Assembly (NCBI GenBank): GCA_038087875.1
Contig: JAXLNO010003819.1
Location: 124,001 to 188,000, forward strand
From: Malacoraja senta
Taxonomy: Eukaryota
Direction of reading: 5' to 3'
DNA: 64,000 bases
Shown here: piece after piece, positions 39,674 through 51,099 of the stretch
Layout of the letters: the number at the start of each line of letters is the position of its first letter
Numbering within the stretch: the stretch's first letter is position 1
Program-made: the position numbers and the translations under genes
Notes under the pieces: generated by a model
Database searches by the model: none
What the model was told of the DNA's origin: nothing
What the model saw: only the letters and a program-made list of their open reading frames with translations

Positions 39674-40139
39674 CGCCACAGTGCGCAGTAATAGACTGCA
39701 GAGTCGCTGAGATCCAGCCCTGAGATACTCAAACTGGTGAACTTAGTCGCTGTATTGAGCTCAATAGAGAAACGAGTATCAGCGTATTGGGCCTTATCTT
39801 CATTGTCGTTGGTGTCTCTCCACATAGTAAACTCGGGCTGTATGCCTGGATATTGTCGGCACCATAATAAAGCATATACACTCCATGTGGTATCATAGTT
39901 ACAGGTTAAAGTCACCGCTTCTCCTTTTGTCTTCTTCGCCGAGTGCAGTGGCTGTGTGACAGATTCTCCGTGAATCATGACTGTAAAATAAATATATTGA
40001 GATAGTAACAGACACCAGAGCCTCATGAGATTGCACTTCTCAAAACCTGAACGAGAAAGGCGAGGGGAACTGAAAAATTTGATCCAGAATTACCTGTCAG
40101 AAACGCTCCCCACCCAACACAGATGCCGACGAAACGCAT
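39674..40139 (-). CDS. TRAV/TRDV: Germline T-cell receptor V segment, alpha/delta type; leader exon 40139-40094, intron 40093-39981, V exon 39980-39674
   Basis: Spliced product MRFVGICVGWGAFLT-VMIHG|ESVTQPLHSAKKTKGEAVTLTCNYDTTWSVYALLWCRQYPGIQPEF..TRFSIELNTATKFTSLSISGLDLSDSAVYYCALW. Donor GTAATT, acceptor ttattttacAG, canonical Cys/Trp/Cys, no stops, RSS follows. Confidence 0.9.
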
Positions 40140-40529
40140 TTTACCCGTTGACTCTGTACTAGCTGCGTTCCAAACTTGAAGCGACACAAACTGGTGCGTT
40201 TTCTCAGTCAAAGAGCGGCTGCTGGTCACCGGATGTTCGCTGTCACTGCCCTGTGCCCCCAGTGATGGAGTCAGAGATGTGGGTGGGCAGCGGGGTCTCA
40301 GCCAATTGAAATACACGTAGCCGGAATCTAGCTTTCCCCCCGAGAGTAGTCGCAACCGCTTGAATGAACCGTGGTTGAGGAAGACATATTTGTTCTTGTA
40401 ACCGGTAGTGAAGGTGCGAAGCCTGAGTTTGTTAAGCGGAACAATAATAATGTGCATATTCACAAATGGAATAGATCGGGTAAACTCACAGAGTCTATTG
40501 GCCAGATTAGGGGGATCGTGAAACTGAGA

Positions 40530-40817
40530 AAATAGATTTAAGGTCAGTGGGGAGGAAGATTTAATAGAGACCAGAAGGGTAACTTTTTCATACAAAGGGG
40601 GCTTTTGCAACGAGCTGCCGGGGTAGTAGTTAAGGCAGGCACAATCGCAAAGTTTAAGAAGAACGTTGACATGTGCATGGATAGAACATATGCTGAGGGA
40701 TAGGGGCGAAACACATGCAGGTAGGACTAGTGTAGATGGAACATGTTGGCCGGTGTGGGCAAGTTGGGTCGAAAGGTGTGTTTGCGCGCTGTAAGACCCT
40801 ATGATGCCATGATTCTA
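40530..40817 (+). mobile_element. Decayed CR1/HER1-type LINE 3' end
   Basis: aactttttcatacaaaggg..caacgagctgccgggg..gcaagttgggtcgaaagg..gctgtaagaccctatga resembles the 3' end at 20500-20700. Confidence 0.6.
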
Positions 40818-40827
40818 AAAAACACAA

Positions 40828-40955
40828 CAGTATTAACGGCATCCGTCCAAAGGCGACAGTTGTACAGTCGTTTCGGCAGTGTCGAGAAAACATCAGTATT
40901 AACGGCATCGTCCAAAGGCGACAGTTGTACAGTCGCTTCGGTAGTGTCGAGAAAA
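40828..40955. repeat. Two-copy tandem duplication, period 66 bp
   Basis: cagtattaacggcatc(c)gtccaaaggcgacagttgtacagtcg(t/c)ttcgg(c/t)agtgtcgagaaaa at 40828 and 40894. Confidence 0.9.
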
Positions 40956-41224
40956 GGGGAGTTATTACGATGTTTTGATGTTTTAATTGAGAAATGCACG
41001 TGATTTCGATATGAAGTATATTACAAGCAAAGCCAGAAGGATGTACAAGGAGACATTTTCAATCAATGTTTCCAGTTCCACTCTCCCTTCATCTGCCATG
41101 GTTTGGCATATGAAATTCATTCCTGAGGACCTCATCACACCGAGTCCACGCCGACCACCGATGATCAGATAACTTTCGTTCCGTGTTATTTCACTTTTCC
41201 TTCTATTCCTTTCACACTTGGTGT

Positions 41225-41410
41225 GTGCTTACAGAGGCCAATTAACCTAAAACATCACACCTATTTGGGATACGGGAGGAAATCAGAGCACCTGGACGAT
41301 ACCGACACGGTCACAGCGAGACGGGAAAACTCCACTCAGACATCACCCGAGTACAGGATTGATCCCGGGTCTCTGAAGCTTTGAGGCAGCAGCTGCGCCA
41401 CTGTGCCGAC
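41225..41410 (-). mobile_element. tRNA-derived SINE fragment
   Basis: agaggccaattaaccta..gggaggaaatcagagcacctgg..gattgatcccgggtctctg..gcagcagctgcgccactgtgcc. Confidence 0.7.
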
Positions 41411-42939
41411 AAAATGTGTGAATTGTTTTTATAAAGAGTGCAGCTGGGTGATTGTTGAACTTTAACCACAGCTAGCCGGCAATATAGGTTTGGAATGTCC
41501 ATGAGTTGCAGCAGTATATCGAGTGGTCTGGCGATCTGCATTCTGCGCACAGACCGCTGCTGCCTGGATTCGGTTCGTGGTCAGGGGTTATGGCGGGTTT
41601 TTTCTATCTCCAGTGGAAACACTATTAGACCGCGCAACATTCACTCTGTGTAGTATCAGCGTCGCCGCCACCACGTGAACAGTCAGCAGCTCACTAACAT
41701 TTAAAATGATACACTTATGCAAAATACACAAACATTATTGCGATTATTACCATAATCGCGACAGGTTCAGGCGGCCAGGGGTTTCAGAGTCAAATTAATA
41801 TTGAGATTCACATTCAAAATATATCTCCAAAATCAAAGAAAATATAAGCTAACAAGGGCCCACAAATCATCTTTTCGAATATGCTAACGATACGACGTGT
41901 TGTCCGTCATGTAAACAAACCACTGGAGATTGGAAGATAATTCAAATGCACTCTCGCTCACTTGCTCGCGGAGTGGCGTGGATATCAGGGCAGTTGTGGA
42001 GGAGCAGCCATGAATTGAGAAATCGCAAGATTTGACTGGGTCTTTACATGGAAATGGTTCCCCCTTCACAGACCTCGACTATGGGAAAAACATCTGCGAT
42101 TATTGTGAATTGTAGGAACAGTCATAGTGCGTCAAGGTTTTGTATTTCAATATATACACTTTATTCGAGAAATAAATATATATAATACATGATCCTTACA
42201 AAACCCCATCCGACACTCTCGGAGGCTAAACATACATTCAATACTGTTTACACAAATTACACAATTTTACCTCCCACCTAAGGGGTCACAAGTAACATTA
42301 GCAAATTTGCAGATGACACAAATCTGGGTGGCAGTGTGAACTGTGAGGAGGATGCTATGAGAATGACTTCGACAGGTTAGGTGAGTGGGCAGATGCGTGG
42401 CAGAAGCAATTTAATGTGGGTAAATGTGAGGCTAGCCACATCATTAATGTGAGGTTAGCCAAGTAATTCCACATCAATGTATTTTCAATGCATTCCGATG
42501 ATTGCGCCCTAATATCTGGAATAACGTCACAAGCGGTCCCCCTGACTGTTTTATTGATAAAAACATCGCTCAAAATATAACTATTTGATCAAGGACATTC
42601 CTTGCTGATATTTATTTCTCGTTAATTGGCACGTTATAAGTTAAATTTTCTTATGATTCTATTCATGAGGTGCCAACAGGTGAAAGATATTAATGCCGCT
42701 GCTGTATCCAATTGTATTCACTCCCACCTAGACAGGTCCATGTGATTTACATCATTTAGACCGCTGCACAGGAACCATTCTCGTTTGTTTTGAAGAGGAG
42801 CACCAAGCGAAATCCAGGAAAATATTATTACTGGGTACATGTCAAGTGAATTCAACAGTGTCTGGGAAGAGCAGTAGAAAGGTAGCAAATACAATATTAC
42901 ATCGCAGGATGTGTTGATAAGTGATCAGAAGGTCATAAG

Positions 42940-44985
42940 TGATAGGTGCAGAATTAGGCCACTATGCCCATCAAGTCTACTCCGCCATTTAATCATGGAT
43001 GATCCATCTCTCCCCCCCCAACCCCATCTTCCTGCCTTCTCCCCATAACCCCTGACACTCGTACTAATCAATAATCCATCTATCTCTGCCTTAAATATAT
43101 AAATTGACGGCTTCCACAGCCTGGTGTGGCAAAGAACTCCACAGATTCACCACCCTTTAATTAAATAAATTATTCCTCCTTCTTCCCAAAGGAACGCCAT
43201 TCCATTTTGAGGCTATGGCCTATGGTCGAAGACTCTCCCTCTAGTGGAATCATCCTCTCCACGTCCACTCTATGCAAACCTTTCACTATTCGATAAGTTT
43301 CAATGTGGACCCCCATGATGCTTCCAAACTCCCGCGAATGTCGTCAAACGCTCGTCATATTTTAACCGACTCATTTGCTGGGATCGTTGTTGTAAACGTA
43401 CTCTGGACCCTATCATGAACTGGCAATTCCTTCCTCAGATATGGTACCCACAATTGCTCACGATACTCCAAAAGCGACCTGACCAGTGCCTGATAGTGCC
43501 TCAGTATTGCATACCTGTTTTTTGTATTATTGCCCTATTGAAATAAATGCTAGCATTTTGTTTGCCTTCCTTACTACCAATTCGATTTACAAATTACCTG
43601 GTTTGGGAATCCTGCACTAGCACTCTCAAGTCCCTTTGCACCTTCGATTTCTGGATTCTCTCTCCATTTTGGAAATGGTCTACGCTTTTATTACCACTAC
43701 GAAAATGCATGACTCCACACTTTGCTACTCAATATTCCATCTGCCACTTCTCTGCCCACTCTCCCAACCTATCCAAGTCCTTATGTAAAGTTCCAGCTTT
43801 CACTGCACTACCTGTGTATGGAGCATCTGCCAGAGACAATAGACAATAGACAATAGGTAAAGGAGTAGGCCATTCGGCCCTTCGAGCCATTCAATGTGAT
43901 CATGGCCGATCGTCTCAAATCAGTACCCCGTTCCTCCCTTCTCCCCATACCACCTGACTCCGCTATCTTTAAGAGCCCTATCTAGCTCTCTCTTGAAAGT
44001 ATCCAGAGAACCGGCCTCTACCGCCTTCTAAGGAAGATAATTCCACAGACTCACAACTCTCTGTGAGAAAAATTGTTTCCTCGTCTCCGTTCTAAATGGC
44101 TTACCCCTTATTCTTAAACGGTGCCCCCTGGTTCGGGACTCCTCCAACATCGGGAACATGTTTCCTGCCTCTAGCGCGTCCAAAACCTTAATACTCTTGT
44201 ATGTTTCAATAAGACCCCCTCTAATCCTTCTAAACTACAGAGTATACAAGCCCAGCCGCTCCGTTCTCTCAGCATATGATAGTCCCTCCATCCCGGGTAT
44301 TAACGGTGCATTCCCTCAATAGCAAGAATGGCATTCCTCAAATTAGGGGACCAAAACTGCACAATACTCCAGATGTGGTCTCACTGGCGCCCTGTACAAA
44401 TGCAGACGGACCCTTTGCTCCTATACTCGACTCCTCTTGTTATAAAGGCCAACATGCCATTCCCTTTCTTCACTGCCTGCTGTACCTACATGCTTACTTT
44501 CATAGAATGATGAACAAGGACCCCCAGATCCCGTTGTACTTCCCCTTTTCCCAACTTGACGCCATTTAGATAGTAATATGCTTTCCTGTTTGTGATACCG
44601 AAGTGGATAACTTCACATTTATACCCATTAAACTTCAACTGCCATGCATTTTCCCACTCCCCCAACCTGTCCAATTCATCCTGCATTTGCATAGCATCCT
44701 CGTCACAGTTCACACTGCCACCCAGCTTTGCGTCATCTGCAAATTTGCTAATGTCACTTTGAATCCCTTCATCCAAATCATTTATATATATTGTAAATAG
44801 CTGCGGTCCCACCACAGAGTCTTGTTGTACCCGACTTGTCACTGCCTGCCATTCTGAAAGGGACCCGTTAATCCCTACACTTTGTTTCCTATCTGCCAAC
44901 CAATTTTCCATCCATGTCAGCGCTCTACCCCCAATACCATGTGCCATAATGTTGCCCACTAATCTCCTATGTGGGACCTTATCAA
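42940..44985 (-). mobile_element. Two adjacent CR1 3' fragments (about 42940-43800 and 43835-44985)
   Basis: The second begins with an (agacaat)n tail and is the paralog of 1-1085 (window position 1 corresponds to 43903). Confidence 0.85.
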
Positions 44986-47900
44986 ATGCGTAGGCAGGTG
45001 GGGTGTGCAGCCTGTCTTGATAATATTACCTCTCGTGATAACGTTCAAAACTTGAAATGTCAACTCACAACATCGTTCGCTGCAGAGAAATAAAATACCC
45101 TGACCTATACAGTCTCTCTCGGAATTGAACGTCTCCAGTCCTGGCAAAATCTTTGTCATTAATAATCTGCCACTCCCCAGATTAATGGTATCATTGCTAA
45201 CATATTGCAATCTGGACAACATTGCACGTGCGGTCTCGCCAACGTCCTATACCAGATGGTTAAACTCCACTTATACCCAACTGCGTGCGACTCCGGAAGT
45301 GAAATAAGCCCACACCTTAAGATGGCTGAGGGAAACAATATCCTACAATCCCCATACAAATTGACTCACACCGCTTGCAAGCCGATTGCTCATGAACAAG
45401 ATGGAGAAAAGGCCCTGTTTCCGCGCTGTATAACATGCAACTACCACTTACAGTGAGAGTTGGTTGAATATACCTGCCTCTCCCGTGAGGAAGAGTTGGC
45501 GCTGCGTCCCCTTTAAATATTTACCGACTCATTTTAGACTCCTGCCCTCTTTTAGAGACCTATATCAGAGGAACAAAATAAAATACCTCCACTGATCATC
45601 ACCTTGTCTTATTTTAACACTATAACTCCTCGGGGTCTTGTGCGCGAGGAACCTCTGCATTATCAAGTCCATCTCACAATTTACAGCGTCCAATATGAGT
45701 ATAATTCTTGTGAATAGAGTTGCATACTCCCTAGTTAAAATGGATTCTTAATGAATTATTTCGAAAAATAATATCCCTCCTCCTGTGCTGTACTGCTCTG
45801 TGAAGGTTTTTCCTGTGAATTGCTTAGTTTGAGTGCACAAAACATGCCACTTCTTTCTTAGGTCACGACATTCTTCAGAATGATCTACTCCCAAACATGT
45901 ACCGCCGGTCAGATTCTCCTTAACCGATTCAGTCGGCTCTATCATCTTGCATATCAACATTCTTGATATCTCCAACGGATCAATGCATTGAGATTATTTC
46001 GCCCTAATATCTGGAATAACATCAAAATCTATTCACCTCTCGTTTTATGAATTAACACATTTCTTTCAAGATAACCTGTAGATCAAGAACATTCCTTGTC
46101 GATATTTATTTCTGGTCAGTTTCCACGTTACACATAATATTTGCATATCCTTTACTTCATGAAGTGCCAACAGTTGAAAGATAGTAATGCTGCTGTTGTA
46201 GCTGAATTGTATGAGATGTCGTCTAGAAGGTTCCTGTGACTTACATCATTTGGAACGCTGCCCAAGAATGATTCCCTTTTCTTTTGAAAAGGAGCTGCAC
46301 GAGGAATCCAGGATCAAACTATTAATGGGTGCATGTTAATGAATGGAACAGTGTCTGAAAAATGCATTACAAATGCTACAAATAAAACACTATATTATAT
46401 CGCAGATTGTGTGGATAAATGCTATATGACATGTATTTTGCTGCCTCTTCGTGTCACACCTTTAAATTTAAAAATAGAATGTGCAGTCGTATCTTACATT
46501 TCCCTTGTGCGGTTGGTACTCAGCTGGTGCCTGAGTAGCAAACGATCGCATAATGAGTTTGATCGCTTTGAATCACCAGGGAGCAACCTATTTGTTGAAC
46601 GGTCCATAACGGATGTCCGCGGGGAGGTGAACGCACGCTGTCCTTCACTTTTTTCTAGGAATATAAATATCGCGCGGTTTGACTTCTCACTTTGACTTCT
46701 GTAAGTTTTGAACGGCATAACTGGGGACGGCTGGAAGGAGAAATGAGTTGGAAGTGGTATTTGACAGCTGAATATTATTATTATCCAATTCTAGCAGCAA
46801 TCGCAGTACCTGGTAGGTCAATGGAACGTGTATGCGGGACTGACTTGTGGGATGATGTGTTGATAAAGGCAATGTTAAAGGTAAAGTGCAAATAGTGTGC
46901 GAAACACGGGAATGCTGGACTGCATCCGTCGTCTATGGATTATCGTTGGTGATATTAACTCCGAGGAACTTGAAGTCCTCAACCACTTCCACTTCAGCAC
47001 CGTTGATGGTGACCGGTGATCCTTCGCTTTTCCTGAAATAGATAACTTGCTCCTTCGTCTGGTTGATACTGACGTTGAGATTGTTATTATCTAGAAAGTT
47101 GTGGGAGCAGTTACAGCCGAATTTGGCCGCGGGTCGTAAGTGTTTAGGGTGAAGTGTCGGGGACGGAGCAGACATCTTTATGGGGCACCGTTGTTGAGAA
47201 TTATTGTGGAAGGGGTGTTATCACTGATTATCACTGATTAAGGTATGTTCATTAGAAAGTCGATTATCCACTCGCAAGCTGGAGTGTTGATCGCGAGGCT
47301 CGGGAGTTTATCAATGCGTTTGGATGGGAGTAGTGTTGAAGGCAAGTGTTCCAGCGGAGAAATGGGAATCAAACGTTCGACTCCTTCCTGCCTGGCTGTT
47401 ACAGAGAAGTGTTTAGGTCCAGGACGATGGCGTCTGATGCGGAACTGCTGCTGCAATATGCAGTCTGCGGTTCATCAAAGGCGGCTGGGAGAGGGCTCAC
47501 GCTACCTGCGTATACCGCTGATAGCTAATGCGCACATCTCCTTAGCACGCACTGAGGGATTGCAAGCGGAGCAATCGTTTTCGACCAAATAAACAAACCG
47601 TACCAAAAATTTACCCCACCCCAAATTGGCATCGCGTTTCCCTTCCATGTAACGACAGTTTCCTCTTTTCTACACCCCCAGTGAACTTGTTGGCGATTGT
47701 GATCCTGTCCCGCAGAAATTGTGGTCTCTCAAAATGCACCACTCGTTACCTGGTGGCCATGGCGGCGGTGGACCTCTCAGTGATTGTCTGCGAAGTGATA
47801 TTACATCGGATTGCCGACGTTTACTGGTGGCGCACATTCCTCTTCCACAATACTGTGTGCAGGTGCATTATGTTCCTCGCTCCCGCGGCCGTTGCCTGTT

Positions 47901-49539
47901 CGGTTTGGCTCACGGTCGCTTTCACATTTGATCGCTTTGTGGCCATTTCCACTCAAAATCTGAGAACCAGATACTGCACAGAAAGAACCGCGCTGGTGGT
48001 TATAGTGACCCTAACTGCGTTCTTCTGTTTACAGAACGCTCCCTGGCCTTTTGCGTACACTTATTATCTCAGGGATCAGCAGGGTATACTGTGGGGTTGC
48101 CAAATACCATTTAACTTTTATGTCCTGCCATCGTGGATCGCATTTTCCTGGACTCAACAGCTGCTAATCCCAGTCATTCCATTTTGTTTGATTATGCTTA
48201 TGAACATGCTCACTGTCAGACGCATTTTAGTGGCCAGTCGTGTCCGCAGAAAACTCCGCGATCTCAGTAGTGAGGACCCCGAAATCGCAAACCGCAGACG
48301 GTCCGTAATTTTACTCCTTGCAATCTCCAGCAGTTTTATGGTGCTCTGGGGCACAAATGTGGGATATTTCGTTCACTATCGATGTACGAATGCATTTTGG
48401 CACAGGGGGTTGAAGAACCCATTTGTAACATTTGAACAAACTGGAATTATGCTACAACTGTTGAACACCTGCACAAACACGCTCATTTACACCGTGACCC
48501 AGAGGAGGTTCAGAGAGCAGCTGCTACAGGTACTCAAATACCCCTTCACCCTAACTGTAAGTTTAATAAAATTGAGAAAACCTGGTGTAAAATAACATTA
48601 CAATACTAATCCCTTCGTGAGTGAGTGCAAACACTAGGTTATGAAGGAATTTTCTCTGAAATCTTTCCGCATCAATTTAAAAAAAATAGCTGAGAAATAA
48701 AATTTGAACGCGTCCCCTGCACTGGAATGCATATTTCGCCATCTATTTAACATGCGACACGGGCGCGTAGTTCATAATGCCCAGTGGGGAGGGCGGCTGT
48801 GTGGAACCGAGAGCTATGGTGTACTGGAACAGACCTCCAATGTTTACGGAATGTTTACGGAATTGAGCCTCGCCGTTATCTGATTCCACCTTCCTTTGAA
48901 TCCAGCGGCAACGTCTGCAGCACGCAATGAAAACAGACATAGAGTTATGGTCCTAAACATTGCATCCTCCATTCCTCTACTCTTTTTGATACGTTCCATG
49001 GTTACGTATGTAAATGCGCAGTGCACCAATGTATTCCATAACATTCTTGCTGCAACATTTACGTTAATGAGAGTTCAATTTTATATTTGTTTCTCGCACT
49101 GAATGTAATGCCTCATTGCTTCTTACAGAGGCTTTCGGTTTTCATTAAAACTCTCAACTCTGCACCAGATGCAGCCAAAGGTAGTGGGTGCCGTTCAAAC
49201 AAGTTGGCATTACTAATTATATTTTTAATGGAAGCAGAGTGTCACAAGCGAGTGTCCATTAGAGGGCGGTAAAGTGAATGTCCGCCTGTGTCGTTTTGCA
49301 TTAATGCCCCACCTCCATTGATGCACCGCCGGCGCTGGAGCTCTGCCGATGCGATGGGGCGAGGCGAAGTAGCTAAATTCGGCGTCCCAGTATCATTGTT
49401 CAAACGTCATATCTGTTTTCAGCGATTGCATCGTATGCTTCATTTATCGCTCTCGTTGTAAACATAACGGAGAGGAAGAAGCTCAAAAGATTGCTTCTCC
49501 GGCTCTAGAGCATTTCTTGTCGGGTAGGCGACGTATCGG
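43903..49539 (+). repeat. Segmental duplication of 1-5605 (A-type gene block)
   Basis: Colinear near-identity with offset about 43.9 kb (exon 2 at 3765 vs 47682). Confidence 0.95.
46743..48595 (+). CDS. Class A orphan GPCR (GPR139-like family), copy A3; exons 46743-46812 and 47682-48595, 327 aa
   Basis: Exon 1 peptide identical to A1, donor GTAGGT at 46813, acceptor AG at 47680-47681, open 7TM frame. Confidence 0.9.
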
Positions 49540-49607
49540 TTACATAGAAACATAGAAAATAGGTGCAGGAGGTGGCTATTCGGCCCTTCGAGCCAGCACC
49601 GCCATTC
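49540..49607 (-). mobile_element. Very short CR1 3' end at a deletion junction
   Basis: tacatagaaacatagaaaataggtgcaggagg..cccttcgagccagcaccgccattc joins the paralog of 5605 to the paralog of 14238. Confidence 0.85.
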
Positions 49608-51099
49608 CTATGTAATCATAATTTGAGTGTTTAGTAATAAATTGATCTTTGGCTAAATCGACTAAACCTGTTGTTTTTATTCGTGTATTGAAAAAAGATG
49701 CGCAACTTCTAGGGGCAGATAAATCTTCGGTAACCCGTCATGGTCAATATGTATCTGCAACATCAGAGGTGCAGCTGCAGAAACGCTGCAGAATATGACA
49801 ATGCCCCAATGCCTTATTTCATCGAATCTGCTTTTTAGCATTAGGACCGAACTCTCTCTTCAGTACATGAATTTTATTTTATTGCTAATATTATGCAATC
49901 TGCGGTCAGTCACCAATCAAATACACTTTACTGATTGCACCTGGCGAATTCTATTTTGAAGAAAAATAAACAGCCTTGATCATTAAACTTCCTTTTCGCC
50001 ATCTAACAGCTGCCTTGCCGCTGGAGATTTATTTTATTTTCTGTGCAATTGTACATGTTCAGTATCTGCGGTATTTTGTATTTGATTAAACTACGCCATC
50101 TTGCAGCTGGTCCAAATTCGGCGCATCTTCTGCTGCATATGCCATACACGCAGGGTACAGCCATTGCCTGAAAATAAAAAAAACTTCGCTTAACAGCAGG
50201 CACTATCACTGTTCACAATCACTGCACCTCTTCGGAATTCCTGTGGCTATTGTGTAAATAATACCAAACTTCCTAAACCTGGACCAGACTCTGTATGTTT
50301 TGGAACGTTGAAAAGCTTTTGTTGCGTGCTATCCAGTCAGCAGAAAGACAATACTTGATTGTAATGGAGCCATTTGTAGTATTATAGATACATGATAATG
50401 GAACAACGTTTATTGCAAGGTGAAGCCAGCATAGCTCAATCATACATAGTGCTAGGGTTAGCATTTAGGTAGATCAGTTGAAAAACAGATTTTTAGTTCA
50501 CAATGTCTGTGTCGACCCGATACCAAGGGCAGCTCCGATCTACCTGCGCGTTACCGATATCCCTCCATTCCCTACAGATTCATATCTCCATCCAAAACTA
50601 TTTTAAATTGCACTATCGTATCCGCCTTAACCATCAGCCCTGGCAGCGCCTTACATGCACTCGCCACACTTTGTGTAAAACATTGCGCCGCACATGTTCG
50701 TTAAATTTTGCCCTTCGTACCATAAAGCTGTGACCTCTTGTATATAATGTTTTCCATTCTGGGAAAATCAAAGTTCCGCCGGTCTACCGGGTCTCATAAG
50801 TTTACATAACTCGACCAGGTCTCCCCGCAATCTCCGACGTTCCAGAGGGATAAAAATCCAAATATGACCAATCTCTCCCTGTACCTAATACCCGCCAATC
50901 CAGCCACCGTGCGCAACTGGACAACTGCGGCTGTGAAACACGCTGTTCTTATTACGTTTCTCCATCTTGCTGAATTGACAAAGTCATTCACTAATGGCTT
51001 TGCTGCCGGTCACCAGTTTCTGCAGCGTGCTAGTTTAGTTAGTTTACATTAGTTTGGTGTAGTTAAAGTAAACTAAACAAATACAAGTATAAATATAAA

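Noticed and set aside
39981-40026. ORF-track start MRLWCLLLSQYIYFT as a single-exon V leader
   Set aside because: It reads through the intron and polypyrimidine tract; a canonical leader exon with donor exists at 40139-40094.
40023-40610. 195-aa minus-strand ORF
   Set aside because: Read-through of the V promoter, leader exon and intron; no domain recognisable beyond the leader.
41595-41626. J-type RSS candidate (gttttttct..cactatt)
   Set aside because: 14-nt spacer, heptamer lacks the essential GTG end, and no FGxG motif follows.
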